From assembly GCA_964252075.1 (NCBI GenBank), contig CAXULY010000007.1, positions 96,001 to 160,000 of the forward strand: 64,000 nt of DNA, written 5' to 3'. This document shows, one piece after another, positions 12,068 through 23,099 of the stretch. Position 1 is the stretch's first letter. Every line of letters begins with the position of its first letter. The notes below the pieces were generated by a model. The model worked only from the letters and a program-made list of their open reading frames with translations, was not told the origin of the DNA and did no database searches. Both the position numbers and the translations under genes were made by a program. This DNA comes from an uncultured Deinococcaceae bacterium (GTDB taxonomy: Bacteria; Deinococcota; Deinococci; Deinococcales; Deinococcaceae).

Positions 12068-13078
12068 TCAGCTGGGCCGCGCCTCCAGCAGCTGCACGCC
12101 CGCGCGGGTGGGCACCGCGCGCGGCGCGCTGAACCCCGCGCCCGTCAGGAGCGCGCCGTACGCCTCCAGGCGGCGCTCACGCCCGCCCGTCACGACCAGC
12201 ATGTTGAGGTCCGACAGGGCGCCGTCAAGATTCGCGTCGTCCAGCACGCGCTCGATCACCAGCAGGGTGGCGTCCGGGGGCATGGCCTCCCGCACGCGGC
12301 GCAGGATCAGGGCGGCGCGCTCGTCCTCCCAGTCGTGCAGCACCAGCTTCAGCAGGTACGCGTCGCCGCCCGCCGGCACGCCGTCGAAGAAGCTGCCGCC
12401 GACCACCGCGCAGCACTCCGCGAGCCCCTCGCCCCGCAGGCGCGCCTCGGCCACCGCCGCCACCTGCGGCTGATCGAACAGCACGCCGCGCAGGTGCGGG
12501 TGCGCGCGCAGGAGCGCCGCGAGCAGCACGCCCTCCCCGCCGCCCACATCCACCACCTGCCGGAAGCCGCTGAAGTCGTAGGCGCCCAGCAGCGCGGCGT
12601 GCAGCCCCTCCGTGTTGTGCGTCATGAAGCGCTGAAAGGCCTCCCCTTCCTCCGGGTGCTGCGCGCGGTACGTCCACACGTCCGTGCCGTGCAGGTGCTC
12701 GAAGGCGGTCTCGCCCGTGCGGACGCTGTGCAGCAGCGCGCCCCAGGCGTCCCAGTGGTGCGGGCGGCCCAGGTACCCCGCGAGGCCGCTCAGCCCGCCC
12801 TGCGCCCCGGGGCGCAGGCCTTCCCCCACCGCCGTGAGCGCGAAACGCCCCTGGGCGTCCTCGCGCAGCACACCGTGCACCGCGAGCGTCCGCAGCAGGC
12901 GGAGCAGTGCATCCGGGTGGGCGGACACGGAGGGGGCGAGGTCTGCAGCGGTCCTGGGCTCCTCATGGAGGAGGTCCGGCACGCCCAGCGCCACCAGCGC
13001 GTACAGGGCCTGCGAGACCCGGTACCCACCAATGAGGCGGCGCAGGGCAACGGTGGGCGACTCATCGGACTCGTGCAT
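12068..13078 (-). CDS. SAM-dependent O-methyltransferase (dimerisation domain + Methyltransf_2)
   Basis: VVDVGGGEG, GSFFDGVPAGGDAYLLKLVLHDWED; GGAGG RBS. Confidence 0.9.
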   Translation of the reverse strand: MHESDESPTVALRRLIGGYRVSQALYALVALGVPDLLHEEPRTAADLAPSVSAHPDALLRLLRTLAVHGVLREDAQGRFALTAVGEGLRPGAQGGLSGLAGYLGRPHHWDAWGALLHSVRTGETAFEHLHGTDVWTYRAQHPEEGEAFQRFMTHNTEGLHAALLGAYDFSGFRQVVDVGGGEGVLLAALLRAHPHLRGVLFDQPQVAAVAEARLRGEGLAECCAVVGGSFFDGVPAGGDAYLLKLVLHDWEDERAALILRRVREAMPPDATLLVIERVLDDANLDGALSDLNMLVVTGGRERRLEAYGALLTGAGFSAPRAVPTRAGVQLLEARPS

Positions 13079-13187
13079 GACACCTCCGTGCCGCGCAGGA
13101 CGGACGCCAGCGGGAGGCGCGGGTGACGCCCAGTGTACGCCCGCACGCACGGCCCTTGACCAAAGGTTCATCTGCTACAGTGCGCCC

Positions 13188-13763
13188 ATGCGAAGGCAGG
13201 GCAGCGCACTCAGCACGACCGTTGTGCTGGGGCTCGCGCTGTGCGCGCTGCTGGGCTTCCTGCCCTTCAGCCCGCACCTCGACGTGCGTCGCCCCGCGCC
13301 CACCCTGCTGGTGCTGGGCGCGGCGCAGTACAACGGGCGCCCCAGCCCCATCTTCCAGCGCCGCCTGGACCACGCGCTCGCCCTGTACCGGGCGGGCGGC
13401 GTGACGCGCATCATCGTGTCGGGCGGCGTGGGGCGCGGCGACCGCTTCAGCGAAGGGCAGGTGGGCGCCCGGTACCTCGCGCGCCACGGCGTGCCCGCCC
13501 GCGTCCTGCGCGCCGAGACGCGCAGCCGCGACACCGTCGAGAACCTGCGCTTCAGCCGGTCCCTGGCGTCCGGTCCCGTCACGCTCGTCACAGATGAGGC
13601 GCACGCCCCGCGCGCCCTCGCGCTCGCCAAGGCGCTCGGTTATCACGCCACCGTCAGCGGCGCTCCCCTGAACGGTCCCAGCAACAGCTACCGCCACCGC
13701 GAGCGCCTGCTGCTGGTGGTGTATGCATTGCTGGGCGTGACGGATCGTACTTCACAACGATAA
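13188..13763 (+). CDS. YdcF/DUF218 family protein
   Basis: LVLGAAQYNGRPSP..RRLD, IIVSGG, SRDTVENL, VTDEAHAPRA. Confidence 0.88.
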   Translation: MRRQGSALSTTVVLGLALCALLGFLPFSPHLDVRRPAPTLLVLGAAQYNGRPSPIFQRRLDHALALYRAGGVTRIIVSGGVGRGDRFSEGQVGARYLARHGVPARVLRAETRSRDTVENLRFSRSLASGPVTLVTDEAHAPRALALAKALGYHATVSGAPLNGPSNSYRHRERLLLVVYALLGVTDRTSQR

Positions 13764-13768
13764 AAACA

Positions 13769-13794
13769 GGCAGGGGCGCGTTAGCGCCCCTGCC
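13769..13794. terminator. Intrinsic terminator hairpin (convergent genes)
   Basis: GGCAGGGGCGC-GTTA-GCGCCCCTGCC. Confidence 0.7.
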
Positions 13795-13809
13795 AACTTA
13801 TAGCGAGTC

Positions 13810-13986
13810 CTAACGCTGCTCAGCCTGCAGAAAACGACGGCGCTCCGCGAGCAAAGCCTTCATGCTAGCACTCATGGCGTTTTGCGCCGTTGAGGGAGCC
13901 TGGGGACGCCAACCATTCTGAAGAGCAAGCGACGTGGCAGCCAGCTCCTGATGCACAACATCAATCTGTTCTAGTTGTCGCGGCAT
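13810..13986 (-). CDS. Small hypothetical protein (58 aa) in low-GC islet
   Basis: MPRQLEQIDVVHQELAATSLALQNGWRPQAPSTAQNAMSASMKALLAERRRFLQAEQR*; AAGGAG RBS and TTGACG-N16-TACACT promoter upstream. Confidence 0.6.
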   Translation of the reverse strand: MPRQLEQIDVVHQELAATSLALQNGWRPQAPSTAQNAMSASMKALLAERRRFLQAEQR

Positions 13987-14043
13987 GACAAAAGCACTCC
14001 TTCCGAGGGCTTGTTTGTACGAGCAGTGTACAACGTCCAGCCC

Positions 14044-14865
14044 CTACGTCAAGGTAATTGTTGTTGCGTATCCGCTCATCCGCAGTTTGGTGGTACTGGC
14101 CCTATCAGGCGCAAAACAGGTGCTGAGGGCAAAAGCAGGATGCAGCCACGGCACCTCAAAATGTCTCGTGCCCACCAAGAAGCGGTCTACCCCAGCCACG
14201 GTCACACCAACCCGAATCCCGTGCCCACCCGGCCTGCCAGTATGTCGCTCAATAAAATGCTCGGACACTGCAAGCACAACAGATAGTGAGTGCCGCTCAG
14301 GTGCATCTGGACACAAGAAGCTCAAATCGCAGAAGCCGTTGAGACCGTCTAAAAACTGCGTTAGCGCCAATGCACCAACGGCAAGCATGCCGTACGTTTC
14401 CTGGCTGTCTACGTGACCAGGAAAATAGGTGGCGAGAGTCTGGTCGTCCATACCGGGAATGGCTGCCGCCGCCGCACGGATAGCTGCCGCTGCCGCATCG
14501 AGTATTGACAACTCACCACCGCATCCGTGACTTCTGTAATGCCCACTCAAATCGTGCCACAAGTTATTTTGTTTGTCTATCGCTTCAACTGCTATGCAGT
14601 CTAGGAAAATGCGGTGCAAATTTGTGTTTCTGGGAAGATAACCCAGAATAGTTCTGCTCTCGAATCTGCGTAGGTGTCTTGAGCCCACCGTGTCCTGATT
14701 TGATTTATTCCAGATTCCGCTCAATTCTTGAGTCGTAACTGCAACAGCAGGCCCAACAGGGTTATGACCGATTAGGAAGGCGTGCCAGTCCTGCCAATAG
14801 GGTCCGCGCACATAAAGAGTCTGCCATCTACTATGCCTATGACGCACACTGAAATCAGAGGGCAT
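14044..14865 (-). CDS. Hypothetical protein (273 aa) in low-GC islet
   Basis: Long ORF in AT-richer DNA where chance ORFs are short; no recognisable motif. Confidence 0.6.
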   Translation of the reverse strand: MPSDFSVRHRHSRWQTLYVRGPYWQDWHAFLIGHNPVGPAVAVTTQELSGIWNKSNQDTVGSRHLRRFESRTILGYLPRNTNLHRIFLDCIAVEAIDKQNNLWHDLSGHYRSHGCGGELSILDAAAAAIRAAAAAIPGMDDQTLATYFPGHVDSQETYGMLAVGALALTQFLDGLNGFCDLSFLCPDAPERHSLSVVLAVSEHFIERHTGRPGGHGIRVGVTVAGVDRFLVGTRHFEVPWLHPAFALSTCFAPDRASTTKLRMSGYATTITLT

Positions 14866-15030
14866 TGCACGACCATATACAGTAGAAACACTTTTTCCGG
14901 CCAGTCATAGTTCCGAACCGAATGGTAGCGCCGGGGGGAGCGTCCTTCAAGGAGCATAAAGACGAAAGATACTCCTTGACGAATTGAAGTACAGCTACTG
15001 ACGTGGACAATGAGTGTTTTCGATGCCTGA

Positions 15031-15219
15031 CCATCCTCAGACGGAACCGAAGTGCTGGCCTAGGTCCGGCGTCCGGACGGCACCCGCTTTGAGGTGCTGG
15101 GCCGCTACGAGGAAGCGGCGAACCTCGTGCGCGCCGGGGACGGCCGGGCCTGGGGCTGGGACACGCCCAAACAGGTGACGCGCTGGGCGGACCTCACGTG
15201 GCCGCCGGGCAAGCCCTGA
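15031..15219 (+). pseudogene. Truncated gene remnant with internal stop
   Basis: Host-like codon usage PSSDGTEVLA*VRRPDGTRFEVLGRYEE...WPPGKP* with in-frame TAG at 15061 and no start. Confidence 0.35.
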
Positions 15220-15294
15220 AACGCCGGGCGTCCTTGACGCAGGGACACCCCGCACGCCTGCCCCTCATGAGGTGCGCGGTATTGTAAGGCCGCT

Positions 15295-16533
15295 ATGGAC
15301 AGTCACATCAAGGTTCCGGCCGGCGAGAAGATCACCATGCAAGACGGCAAGCTGAGCGTGCCGAACAACCCCATCATCCCCTTCGTGGAGGGGGACGGCA
15401 CGGGCCCGGACATCTGGCGCGCGAGCGTGCGGGTGCTGGACGCCGCCGTGGAGAAGGCCTATGGCGGGAGCCGCAAGATCGCCTGGATGGAGGTCTACGC
15501 GGGCGACAAGGCGAACGAGGTGTATGGCGAGACCGTGTGGCTGCCCCAGGGCACCATCGAGGCCTTCAAGGAGTACCTGATCGGCATCAAGGGGCCGCTC
15601 ACCACGCCTGTGGGCGGCGGCATCCGCAGCATCAACGTGGCGCTGCGTCAGGAACTCGACCTGTACGCCTGCCTGCGCCCCGTGCAGTACTTCGACGGCG
15701 TGCCGAGCCCCGTCAAGAACCCCGAGTTCGTGGACATGGTGATCTTCCGTGAGAACACCGAGGACATCTACGCCGGCATTGAGTACCAGGCGGGCACGCC
15801 GGAGGCCGCGAAGATGCGCGACTTCCTCGTGAACGAGATGGGCGTCAAGAAGATCCGCTTCCCGGACACCAGCAGCTTCGGCGTGAAGCCCGTCTCGCAG
15901 GAGGGCACCGAGCGCCTCGTGCGCGCCGCCATCCAGTACGCGATTGACAATGGGCGCAAGAGCGTCACGCTGGTGCACAAGGGCAACATCATGAAGTTCA
16001 CGGAAGGCAGCTTCCGCGACTGGGGCTACGAGCTCGCGAAGCGCGAGTTCGGCGGCGTGGAACTGGACGGCGGGCCGTGGCTGCAACTCCCGAACGGCAT
16101 CGTCATCAAGGACGTGATCGCGGACGCGTTCCTGCAGCAGATCCTGCTGCGCCCCAAGGAGTACGACGTGATCGCCACCCTGAACCTGAACGGCGATTAC
16201 ATCAGTGATGCGCTGGCCGCGCAGGTGGGCGGCATCGGCATCGCGCCGGGCGCGAACATCAACTACATCTCGGGCACCGCGGTGTTCGAGGCGACGCACG
16301 GCACCGCCCCGAAGTACGCGGGCAAGGACGTCATCAACCCCAGCTCGGTCATCCTGTCCGGCGAGATGATGCTGCGCTACCTGGGCTGGACGGAGGCCGC
16401 GGACCTGATCGTGGCGACGCTCGGCAAGACCATCGGGCAGAAGACCGTCACGTACGACTTCGCGCGCCTCATGGACGGCGCGAAGGAAGTCAAGACCAGT
16501 GAGTTCGCGGACGCGCTGATCGCGAACATGTAA
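15295..16533 (+). CDS. icd: NADP-dependent isocitrate dehydrogenase
   Basis: [69 protein letters not shown]. Confidence 0.98.
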   Translation: MDSHIKVPAGEKITMQDGKLSVPNNPIIPFVEGDGTGPDIWRASVRVLDAAVEKAYGGSRKIAWMEVYAGDKANEVYGETVWLPQGTIEAFKEYLIGIKGPLTTPVGGGIRSINVALRQELDLYACLRPVQYFDGVPSPVKNPEFVDMVIFRENTEDIYAGIEYQAGTPEAAKMRDFLVNEMGVKKIRFPDTSSFGVKPVSQEGTERLVRAAIQYAIDNGRKSVTLVHKGNIMKFTEGSFRDWGYELAKREFGGVELDGGPWLQLPNGIVIKDVIADAFLQQILLRPKEYDVIATLNLNGDYISDALAAQVGGIGIAPGANINYISGTAVFEATHGTAPKYAGKDVINPSSVILSGEMMLRYLGWTEAADLIVATLGKTIGQKTVTYDFARLMDGAKEVKTSEFADALIANM

Positions 16534-16539
16534 GCAGGT

Positions 16540-16579
16540 GAACAGGGCCGCCCGCTGCTGTCAGCGGGCGGCCCTGTTC
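16540..16579. terminator. Intrinsic terminator hairpin after icd
   Basis: GAACAGGGCCGCCCGCTG-CTGT-CAGCGGGCGGCCCTGTTC. Confidence 0.75.
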
Positions 16580-16652
16580 GTTCTCCAGCGGCCCAGGTGT
16601 TGAGGTGACCTTGCCGGGTCCGGCGCGTGACCTCTTCTGGGCGGCGCCCACC

Positions 16653-17558
16653 TCAGAAGCCGAACAGCTGGGCGAAGTTCCAGCCCGTCCCGATCTCCTT
16701 CCCGCCGTTCGTGTCATCCCAGGACCCCTGGTCGTACAGGCCCAGCCCGCTGCGGTAGCCCAGGTGCCGGTACCAGTGCAGGGAACCGTCCGGCTTCACC
16801 CCGTACATGACGCCGTCCGCCACCGCCACCAGCTGCCTGAACCCGTTCCAGCCGGTGCCCACCACCTTGCCGCCCTTCGCGTCCCAGGCGCCGGGGTCGG
16901 ACAGCCCGCCGCCCGTGCGGTACGCCAGGTGGTGGTACCAGCGCAGGTCGCCGTTGGGCATCACGCCGTAAATGATGCCGCCGGGCGCCGCGAACACCTT
17001 GGTGAAGGTGTTCCAGCCGGTGCCCACCACCTTGCCGCCCTGGGGGTCCCAGGCGCCGGGCGTCTCCAGCCCCTGTCCGGTGCGGTAGGCGTTGTGCTTG
17101 TACCAGTGCAGGTCCCCGTTGGGGCTGATGGCGTAGATCACGCCGCCGCTGGTGGCGAACACCTGCTTGAAGCCGTTCCAGCCGTTGCCGATCTTGTGGC
17201 GGCTGGCGGCGTTCCAGGCGCCGGGGTCGTTCAGGCCGCCGCCCGTGCGGTAGGCGTCGTGCTTGTACCAGTACAGGTCCCCGTTGGAGAAGATGTCGTA
17301 GATGACGCCCTCACCGGTCGTGAACACGCCGACCGAGTCGTTCCAGCCCGTCCCGATTTCGTTCCCGCCATTCGTGTAATCCCAGGACCCCTGGTCGTAC
17401 AGCCCGCCCGCCGTGAGGGGCGCGAGGTGGCGGTACCACTTCAGTGAGCCGTCGGTCGTCACGCCGTACAGGGTGGTGGGCGTGGAGGCCGGCTGGGCGT
17501 GGCCCTGCGTGGCGAGCAGCAGGGCGAAGGTCAGGGCGGTCCTGGTCTTTGCGTTCAT
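16653..17558 (-). CDS. Secreted tachylectin-2-like five-repeat beta-propeller
   Basis: Signal peptide then five ~55-aa repeats (Y..xxxG.L.WY.H...W......IGxGWN.F...F); AAGGAG RBS. Confidence 0.8.
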   Translation of the reverse strand: MNAKTRTALTFALLLATQGHAQPASTPTTLYGVTTDGSLKWYRHLAPLTAGGLYDQGSWDYTNGGNEIGTGWNDSVGVFTTGEGVIYDIFSNGDLYWYKHDAYRTGGGLNDPGAWNAASRHKIGNGWNGFKQVFATSGGVIYAISPNGDLHWYKHNAYRTGQGLETPGAWDPQGGKVVGTGWNTFTKVFAAPGGIIYGVMPNGDLRWYHHLAYRTGGGLSDPGAWDAKGGKVVGTGWNGFRQLVAVADGVMYGVKPDGSLHWYRHLGYRSGLGLYDQGSWDDTNGGKEIGTGWNFAQLFGF

Positions 17559-17724
17559 GGTGGGCTCCTTTGGGCGGCGTGGGCGCCGTTCGTTCCTGAC
17601 ACCCACCTTGCTCGGGCGCGTGTCCCGTTGTCTTGAGGCGGCGGTTGTCTCGGAATCTGGGACTTGAGGCTGGGGTCGGCCCTCCGCGACCCACGGTGCT
17701 GTCAGTTGGTATCCTGTCTGGCGG

Positions 17725-17937
17725 ATGACGCGCCTCATCAGTTCGATTCTTGCCGTGGTGGTGCTGGCCGCCGTGGCGCTGCTGGCCGTGTGGCTGGTGG
17801 GTCAGCTGCTGATCGGGCTGGGCATTTTCGTGGTGGGACTCGCGCGGGTGCTGCTGGGCGTCGCGAAGTTCCTGCTGATCGCGGGCGTGCTGGGCGGCCT
17901 CGCGTACTTCCTGGCGAGCGCGAACCGGCGGGGTTGA
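17725..17937 (+). CDS. Small hydrophobic membrane protein
   Basis: 70-aa, almost entirely hydrophobic; TATCCT -10 box upstream; stop overlaps the next ATG. Confidence 0.75.
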   Translation: MTRLISSILAVVVLAAVALLAVWLVGQLLIGLGIFVVGLARVLLGVAKFLLIAGVLGGLAYFLASANRRG

Positions 17938-18695
17938 TGCAGCACACGGAGCGCTTCACGGCGCGGGCGGACAGTTACGTGGGCGGGCGGCCCGGCTACC
18001 CGGCGGCGCTGGCCGAGGTGCTGGCCTCACGCGGCCTGCTGACCCTGCCTTGCGCGGACGTGGGGGCGGGCACGGGGCTCTTCACGCGCCTGCTGCTGGG
18101 CGCCGGGGCGACCGTGCGGGCGGTCGAGCCGAACGACGCGATGCGCGCCGAACTGGAGCGGGACCTGCAGGACCACGTGAGGAGCGGGCGCCTGAGCGTG
18201 CTGCCGGGCAGCGCCGAGGAGACGGGCCTGGAGGCCGCCGGGGTCGGGCTGGTGAGCTGCGCGCAGAGCGCCCACTGGTTCGACGCGGAGCGCGCGCGGG
18301 CGGAGTTCCGGCGCGCGCTCGCGCCGGGCGGCGCGCTGCTGCTGGTCTGGAACGACTGGCGCGGGCATGCCGACACGCGCTTCACGCGCGCGTACAGCGC
18401 GGTCGTGCGGCGCTTCACGAGCAACCCCGCCGAGAACGCCACGCGCGTGCCGCTGGACCTCGTGGCGCGCTACTTCGCGGGCGCGCCCTTCGAGCACCTG
18501 GAATTCCAGAATCCCGTGACGTTCACGCGTGAGCGCCTGCACGCGCTCGCCACCAGCGTCTCGTACCTGCCCGCGCGCGGCACGCCCGGGCAGGCGGACA
18601 TGCAGGCCGCGCTGGACGCGGCTTTCGACGCGCATCAGGAGGGTGGGCGTGTCACCATGGCGTACGTGACGCACGCCTTCCTGGGCGCGCTGTGA
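17937..18695 (+). CDS. Class I SAM-dependent methyltransferase
   Basis: ERFTARADSYVGGRPGYP, ADVGAGTG, AVEPN, AQSAHWFD. Confidence 0.9.
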   Translation: MQHTERFTARADSYVGGRPGYPAALAEVLASRGLLTLPCADVGAGTGLFTRLLLGAGATVRAVEPNDAMRAELERDLQDHVRSGRLSVLPGSAEETGLEAAGVGLVSCAQSAHWFDAERARAEFRRALAPGGALLLVWNDWRGHADTRFTRAYSAVVRRFTSNPAENATRVPLDLVARYFAGAPFEHLEFQNPVTFTRERLHALATSVSYLPARGTPGQADMQAALDAAFDAHQEGGRVTMAYVTHAFLGAL

Positions 18696-18808
18696 TGCCG
18701 CTGCACCCGCGCTGAATCCCAGTCCAAGTTTCAAAGATCACCGGGGAACGCTTTATAATTTGATGTTGCTGGCGCGCACGCGCCGTTCTTTTGCTGTATG
18801 GAGGCATG

Positions 18809-20338
<1,530 letters not shown>

Positions 20339-20396
20339 GGCGACGGGGCGGTCCGAGGAGGGCCGCCCCGCTTCTTTGGGGTGCACAATGAGGCGC

Positions 20397-20759
20397 GTGC
20401 GTCACCGCCCACACCGACCCGCCCGCTGGCCGTGGGTGCTGCTGGGCTGGCTGCCCGCGCTGCTGGGCGCCCTGTGGCTGCGGGCGCTGAGCACCGGCGG
20501 CGGACCGCGCGTGACCGTTCATTACTGGGCGGGGGCGCGGCAGGTCACGGCGCACCTGCCTGCCCTGAGCCTGGACGCGCTGTTCACGGTGCTGTTCAAC
20601 GCAACGGATGTGAGCCCCGTGGAGCTGCTCGTGGTGGGCCTGTGGTGGGGACTGGCGCACCTGCTGGCGTGGGCGCTGCTGCTGGGTGGCGTGGTGATGG
20701 GCGTGGTCGTGCTGGTGCGGACGCTGGCCCGCGCGCGGCGGGACGCGCCCGCGCGCTAA
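20397..20759 (+). CDS. Hypothetical membrane protein
   Basis: Several hydrophobic segments; CACAAT -10 box 7 nt before GTG. Confidence 0.6.
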   Translation: MRHRPHRPARWPWVLLGWLPALLGALWLRALSTGGGPRVTVHYWAGARQVTAHLPALSLDALFTVLFNATDVSPVELLVVGLWWGLAHLLAWALLLGGVVMGVVVLVRTLARARRDAPAR

Positions 20760-21169
20760 ACCTTCACCACGCCCTCCAGCAGGCTCACGCTGCCCTGAAT
20801 GCCCATGAGTTGCGCGGCGCTGAGGCCCCAGCGCTCCCCGAGCGCGGCGGGGTCGAGGAAGGTGAGCCACACCTGCCCGCCGTCGTCCTCCCACACCAGG
20901 GCCTTGAGGGGCAGGTCGAGTGCGGCTTCCGGGACGGCCTGCATGATGGGCGTGCCGCCACGCGGGTTCCCGAACAGCACCAGCACGGTGGGGCGCAACG
21001 CCAGCCCGGCCTCGCGCGCGGCGGCGGCCTGATCGATGCGCGCGAAGACCGTCATGCTTTTCGCGCTGAGGGCGGCGTCGAGCCGCGCGAGGGTGTCGTC
21101 GAAGGGGTGCGGGCTGGGGTGGCTGACGACGCCAGGGAAGCTCCCCTCAGGCGTGGCGTGGCTGGTCAT
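20756..21169 (-). CDS. DUF302 family protein
   Basis: VFARIDQAAAAREAGL.LRPT.LVLFGNPRGGTP.MQ....ALDLPLKALVWED. Confidence 0.88.
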   Translation of the reverse strand: MTSHATPEGSFPGVVSHPSPHPFDDTLARLDAALSAKSMTVFARIDQAAAAREAGLALRPTVLVLFGNPRGGTPIMQAVPEAALDLPLKALVWEDDGGQVWLTFLDPAALGERWGLSAAQLMGIQGSVSLLEGVVKV

Positions 21170-21186
21170 GCGGTTACACTACGCCC
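21170..21186. promoter_or_regulatory. Bidirectional leaderless promoter
   Basis: Overlapping TACACT (+) and TAGTGT (-) boxes, each 6 nt from its ATG; start codons 18 bp apart. Confidence 0.65.
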
Positions 21187-22398
21187 ATGACCGCCACCAC
21201 CTTCGATGTGCACGCCGCCCGGCAGCAGTTCCCACAGCTCGCGGACGGCATGGCGTTCCTGGACAACGCCGCGGGCGGCTTGATGCCGCAGCGCGCGATT
21301 GACGCCGTGACGCGCTTCCTGACGCGGCACGGCGCGATGAACGCGGGCATGGGGTACGCGCAGAGCGAGCACGTGCTGGACATCAAGCTGAGGGCGCGGG
21401 AACGGACGGCGGCGTACCTGAACTGCACGCCCGGCGAGGTGGTGCTGGGGCCGAGCGCGAGCGCCCTCGCGTTCCGGCTGTCGGTGGCCTTCGCGCGGCT
21501 GTGGGGGCCGGGCGATGAGGTGATCATCTCGGAGCTGGAGCACGAAGCGAACGCCAGCCCGTGGCGGGAACTGGAGCGCGTGGGCGTGACGGTGAAGGTG
21601 TGGCGCGCGCGCCTGCCGGACCTGACGCTGCACGTGGAGGACCTGTGCGCGCTGCTGACGGACCGCACGCGGCTGCTCGCGGTCTGCGCGGCGTCGAACA
21701 GCGTGGGGGTGACGCCGCCCGTCACGGAGGCGGTGGCGGCGGCCCGCGAGGCGGGCGCGTGGTCCATCGTGGACGCCGTGCACAGCGCGCCACATCACCT
21801 GCCGGACGTGCGGGCGTGGGGCGCGGAATTCGTGATGTTCAGCCCGTACAAGGTGTTCGCGCCGCACCTGGGCGCGCTGTTCGTGCAGGAAGGCCTGCTG
21901 GACGGCCTGCCTGCCCAGAAGCTGGAGTTCGTGCCGGACGGCGAGCCCGCCAAGATGGAGCACGGCACGTCGCAGTACGAGCTGCTGGCCGGCTGGCTGG
22001 GGAGCCTCGCGTACCTCGCGGACCTGGGGGGCAGCGGGGACGTCACGCGCGCGGCGCTGGAGCGCACGTACCGCAGCATCGAGGCGCACGAGCGGGAACT
22101 CACGCGCGCCATGATCGAGGGGCTGCTGGACGCGCCGCGCGTCACGCTATACGGCCCGCGCGGCACGGAAGGGCGGGTGGGTACGGCGGCCTTCCGCGTG
22201 GCGGGCCGCTCGCCGCGCGAGGTGGCGGCGCACCTGAGCGAGCAGGGCGTGTGCGTGGCGAGCGGCCATTACTACGCGGTCATGCCCATCCGCGCGCTCG
22301 GCCTGTACCCGGAGGGCGTGGTGCGCGCGAGCCTCGCGCACTACAACACGCCTCAGGACGTGGCGCGGCTCGTGGAGGGCGTGCGGAGCATCAAGTGA
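21187..22398 (+). CDS. Cysteine desulfurase-like class V aminotransferase
   Basis: FLDNAAG, LEHEANASPW, VDAVHSAPH, FSPYKVFAPH (PLP Lys), VRASLAHYNT. Confidence 0.9.
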   Translation: MTATTFDVHAARQQFPQLADGMAFLDNAAGGLMPQRAIDAVTRFLTRHGAMNAGMGYAQSEHVLDIKLRARERTAAYLNCTPGEVVLGPSASALAFRLSVAFARLWGPGDEVIISELEHEANASPWRELERVGVTVKVWRARLPDLTLHVEDLCALLTDRTRLLAVCAASNSVGVTPPVTEAVAAAREAGAWSIVDAVHSAPHHLPDVRAWGAEFVMFSPYKVFAPHLGALFVQEGLLDGLPAQKLEFVPDGEPAKMEHGTSQYELLAGWLGSLAYLADLGGSGDVTRAALERTYRSIEAHERELTRAMIEGLLDAPRVTLYGPRGTEGRVGTAAFRVAGRSPREVAAHLSEQGVCVASGHYYAVMPIRALGLYPEGVVRASLAHYNTPQDVARLVEGVRSIK

Positions 22399-22457
22399 GG
22401 TGAGGGGCGCGAGCCGCCCCTCACCTGGCCCTGGGAGGGCATCATGCTTTTCTCGGG

Positions 22458-22946
22458 TCAATCCAGGGTGAAGTGCAGCGCGTGGCGCTCGCTGAGCCGC
22501 GCGAGCTGCTCGGGGCGCAGCGGCCCGCCGCCCGGCGTGCGGGCGAGCATGCCCGCCAGATCCTCGTAGTAGCGTTCGTGCCCGGCAGGCCACGCCAGCA
22601 GCCGGAAGCGCGCGTCGTCGCGGCCGTCGTTGCGGTAGGCGTGCGGGGTGCCGGGCGGCACCACCACGCACGCGCCGGGCGGCGCCCGCTGCGGGTGATC
22701 GCCGAGGAGCACGGTGGGGGAACCGGACAGCGCGTAGCACAACTCCAACGCGCGGTCGTGGCGGTGGGCGGGACCCAGGTCCTGACCGGCGGGGAGCGTC
22801 ACCTCCAGCAGCGTGCAGGCGTCGGCGGTGGCGTCACCCCCCGCGCGGAACGTGATGACGCTGCGGCCCACGGTGAGGCTCAGGCAGTCCTGCGCCACCG
22901 TGAGGGTGGCCGCCAGGGCGCTGTGGGGCAGGGACGCGTCGGACAT
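22458..22946 (-). CDS. Cupin domain protein
   Basis: GPAHRHDRALELCYALSG and VPPGTPHAYRN cupin motifs. Confidence 0.85.
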   Translation of the reverse strand: MSDASLPHSALAATLTVAQDCLSLTVGRSVITFRAGGDATADACTLLEVTLPAGQDLGPAHRHDRALELCYALSGSPTVLLGDHPQRAPPGACVVVPPGTPHAYRNDGRDDARFRLLAWPAGHERYYEDLAGMLARTPGGGPLRPEQLARLSERHALHFTLD

Positions 22947-22979
22947 GCGCACAGCGTAACGGAGGGGACGCGGCGCGCG

Positions 22980-23036
22980 CCTCGTTCGCTTGAACGAGGC
23001 GCGCGCGCGGCGGGGCCCTCGTGAGGATGCAGGATG
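22980..23036. promoter_or_regulatory. Paired palindromic operator upstream of the cupredoxin lipoprotein gene
   Basis: CCTCGT-N8-ACGAGG (22980-22999) and CCTCGT-N8-AGGATG (23017-23036); -10 TACGCT at 23058. Confidence 0.6.
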
Positions 23037-23099
23037 CGCGCGGAAATCCCACCCTCCTACGCTGACCCCCGGTGCGCGCACCGCACCGAGGAGGAACGC

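Noticed and set aside
13985..14416. Plus-strand ORFs of 143 and 103 aa in the low-GC islet
   Set aside because: They overlap the longer minus-strand ORF and the promoter/RBS-supported 58-aa ORF and lack convincing start signals.
16680..17450. Repeated DNA blocks as a possible CRISPR or non-coding repeat array
   Set aside because: The repeats are in-frame protein repeats of the propeller gene; there is no spacer structure and no cas genes.
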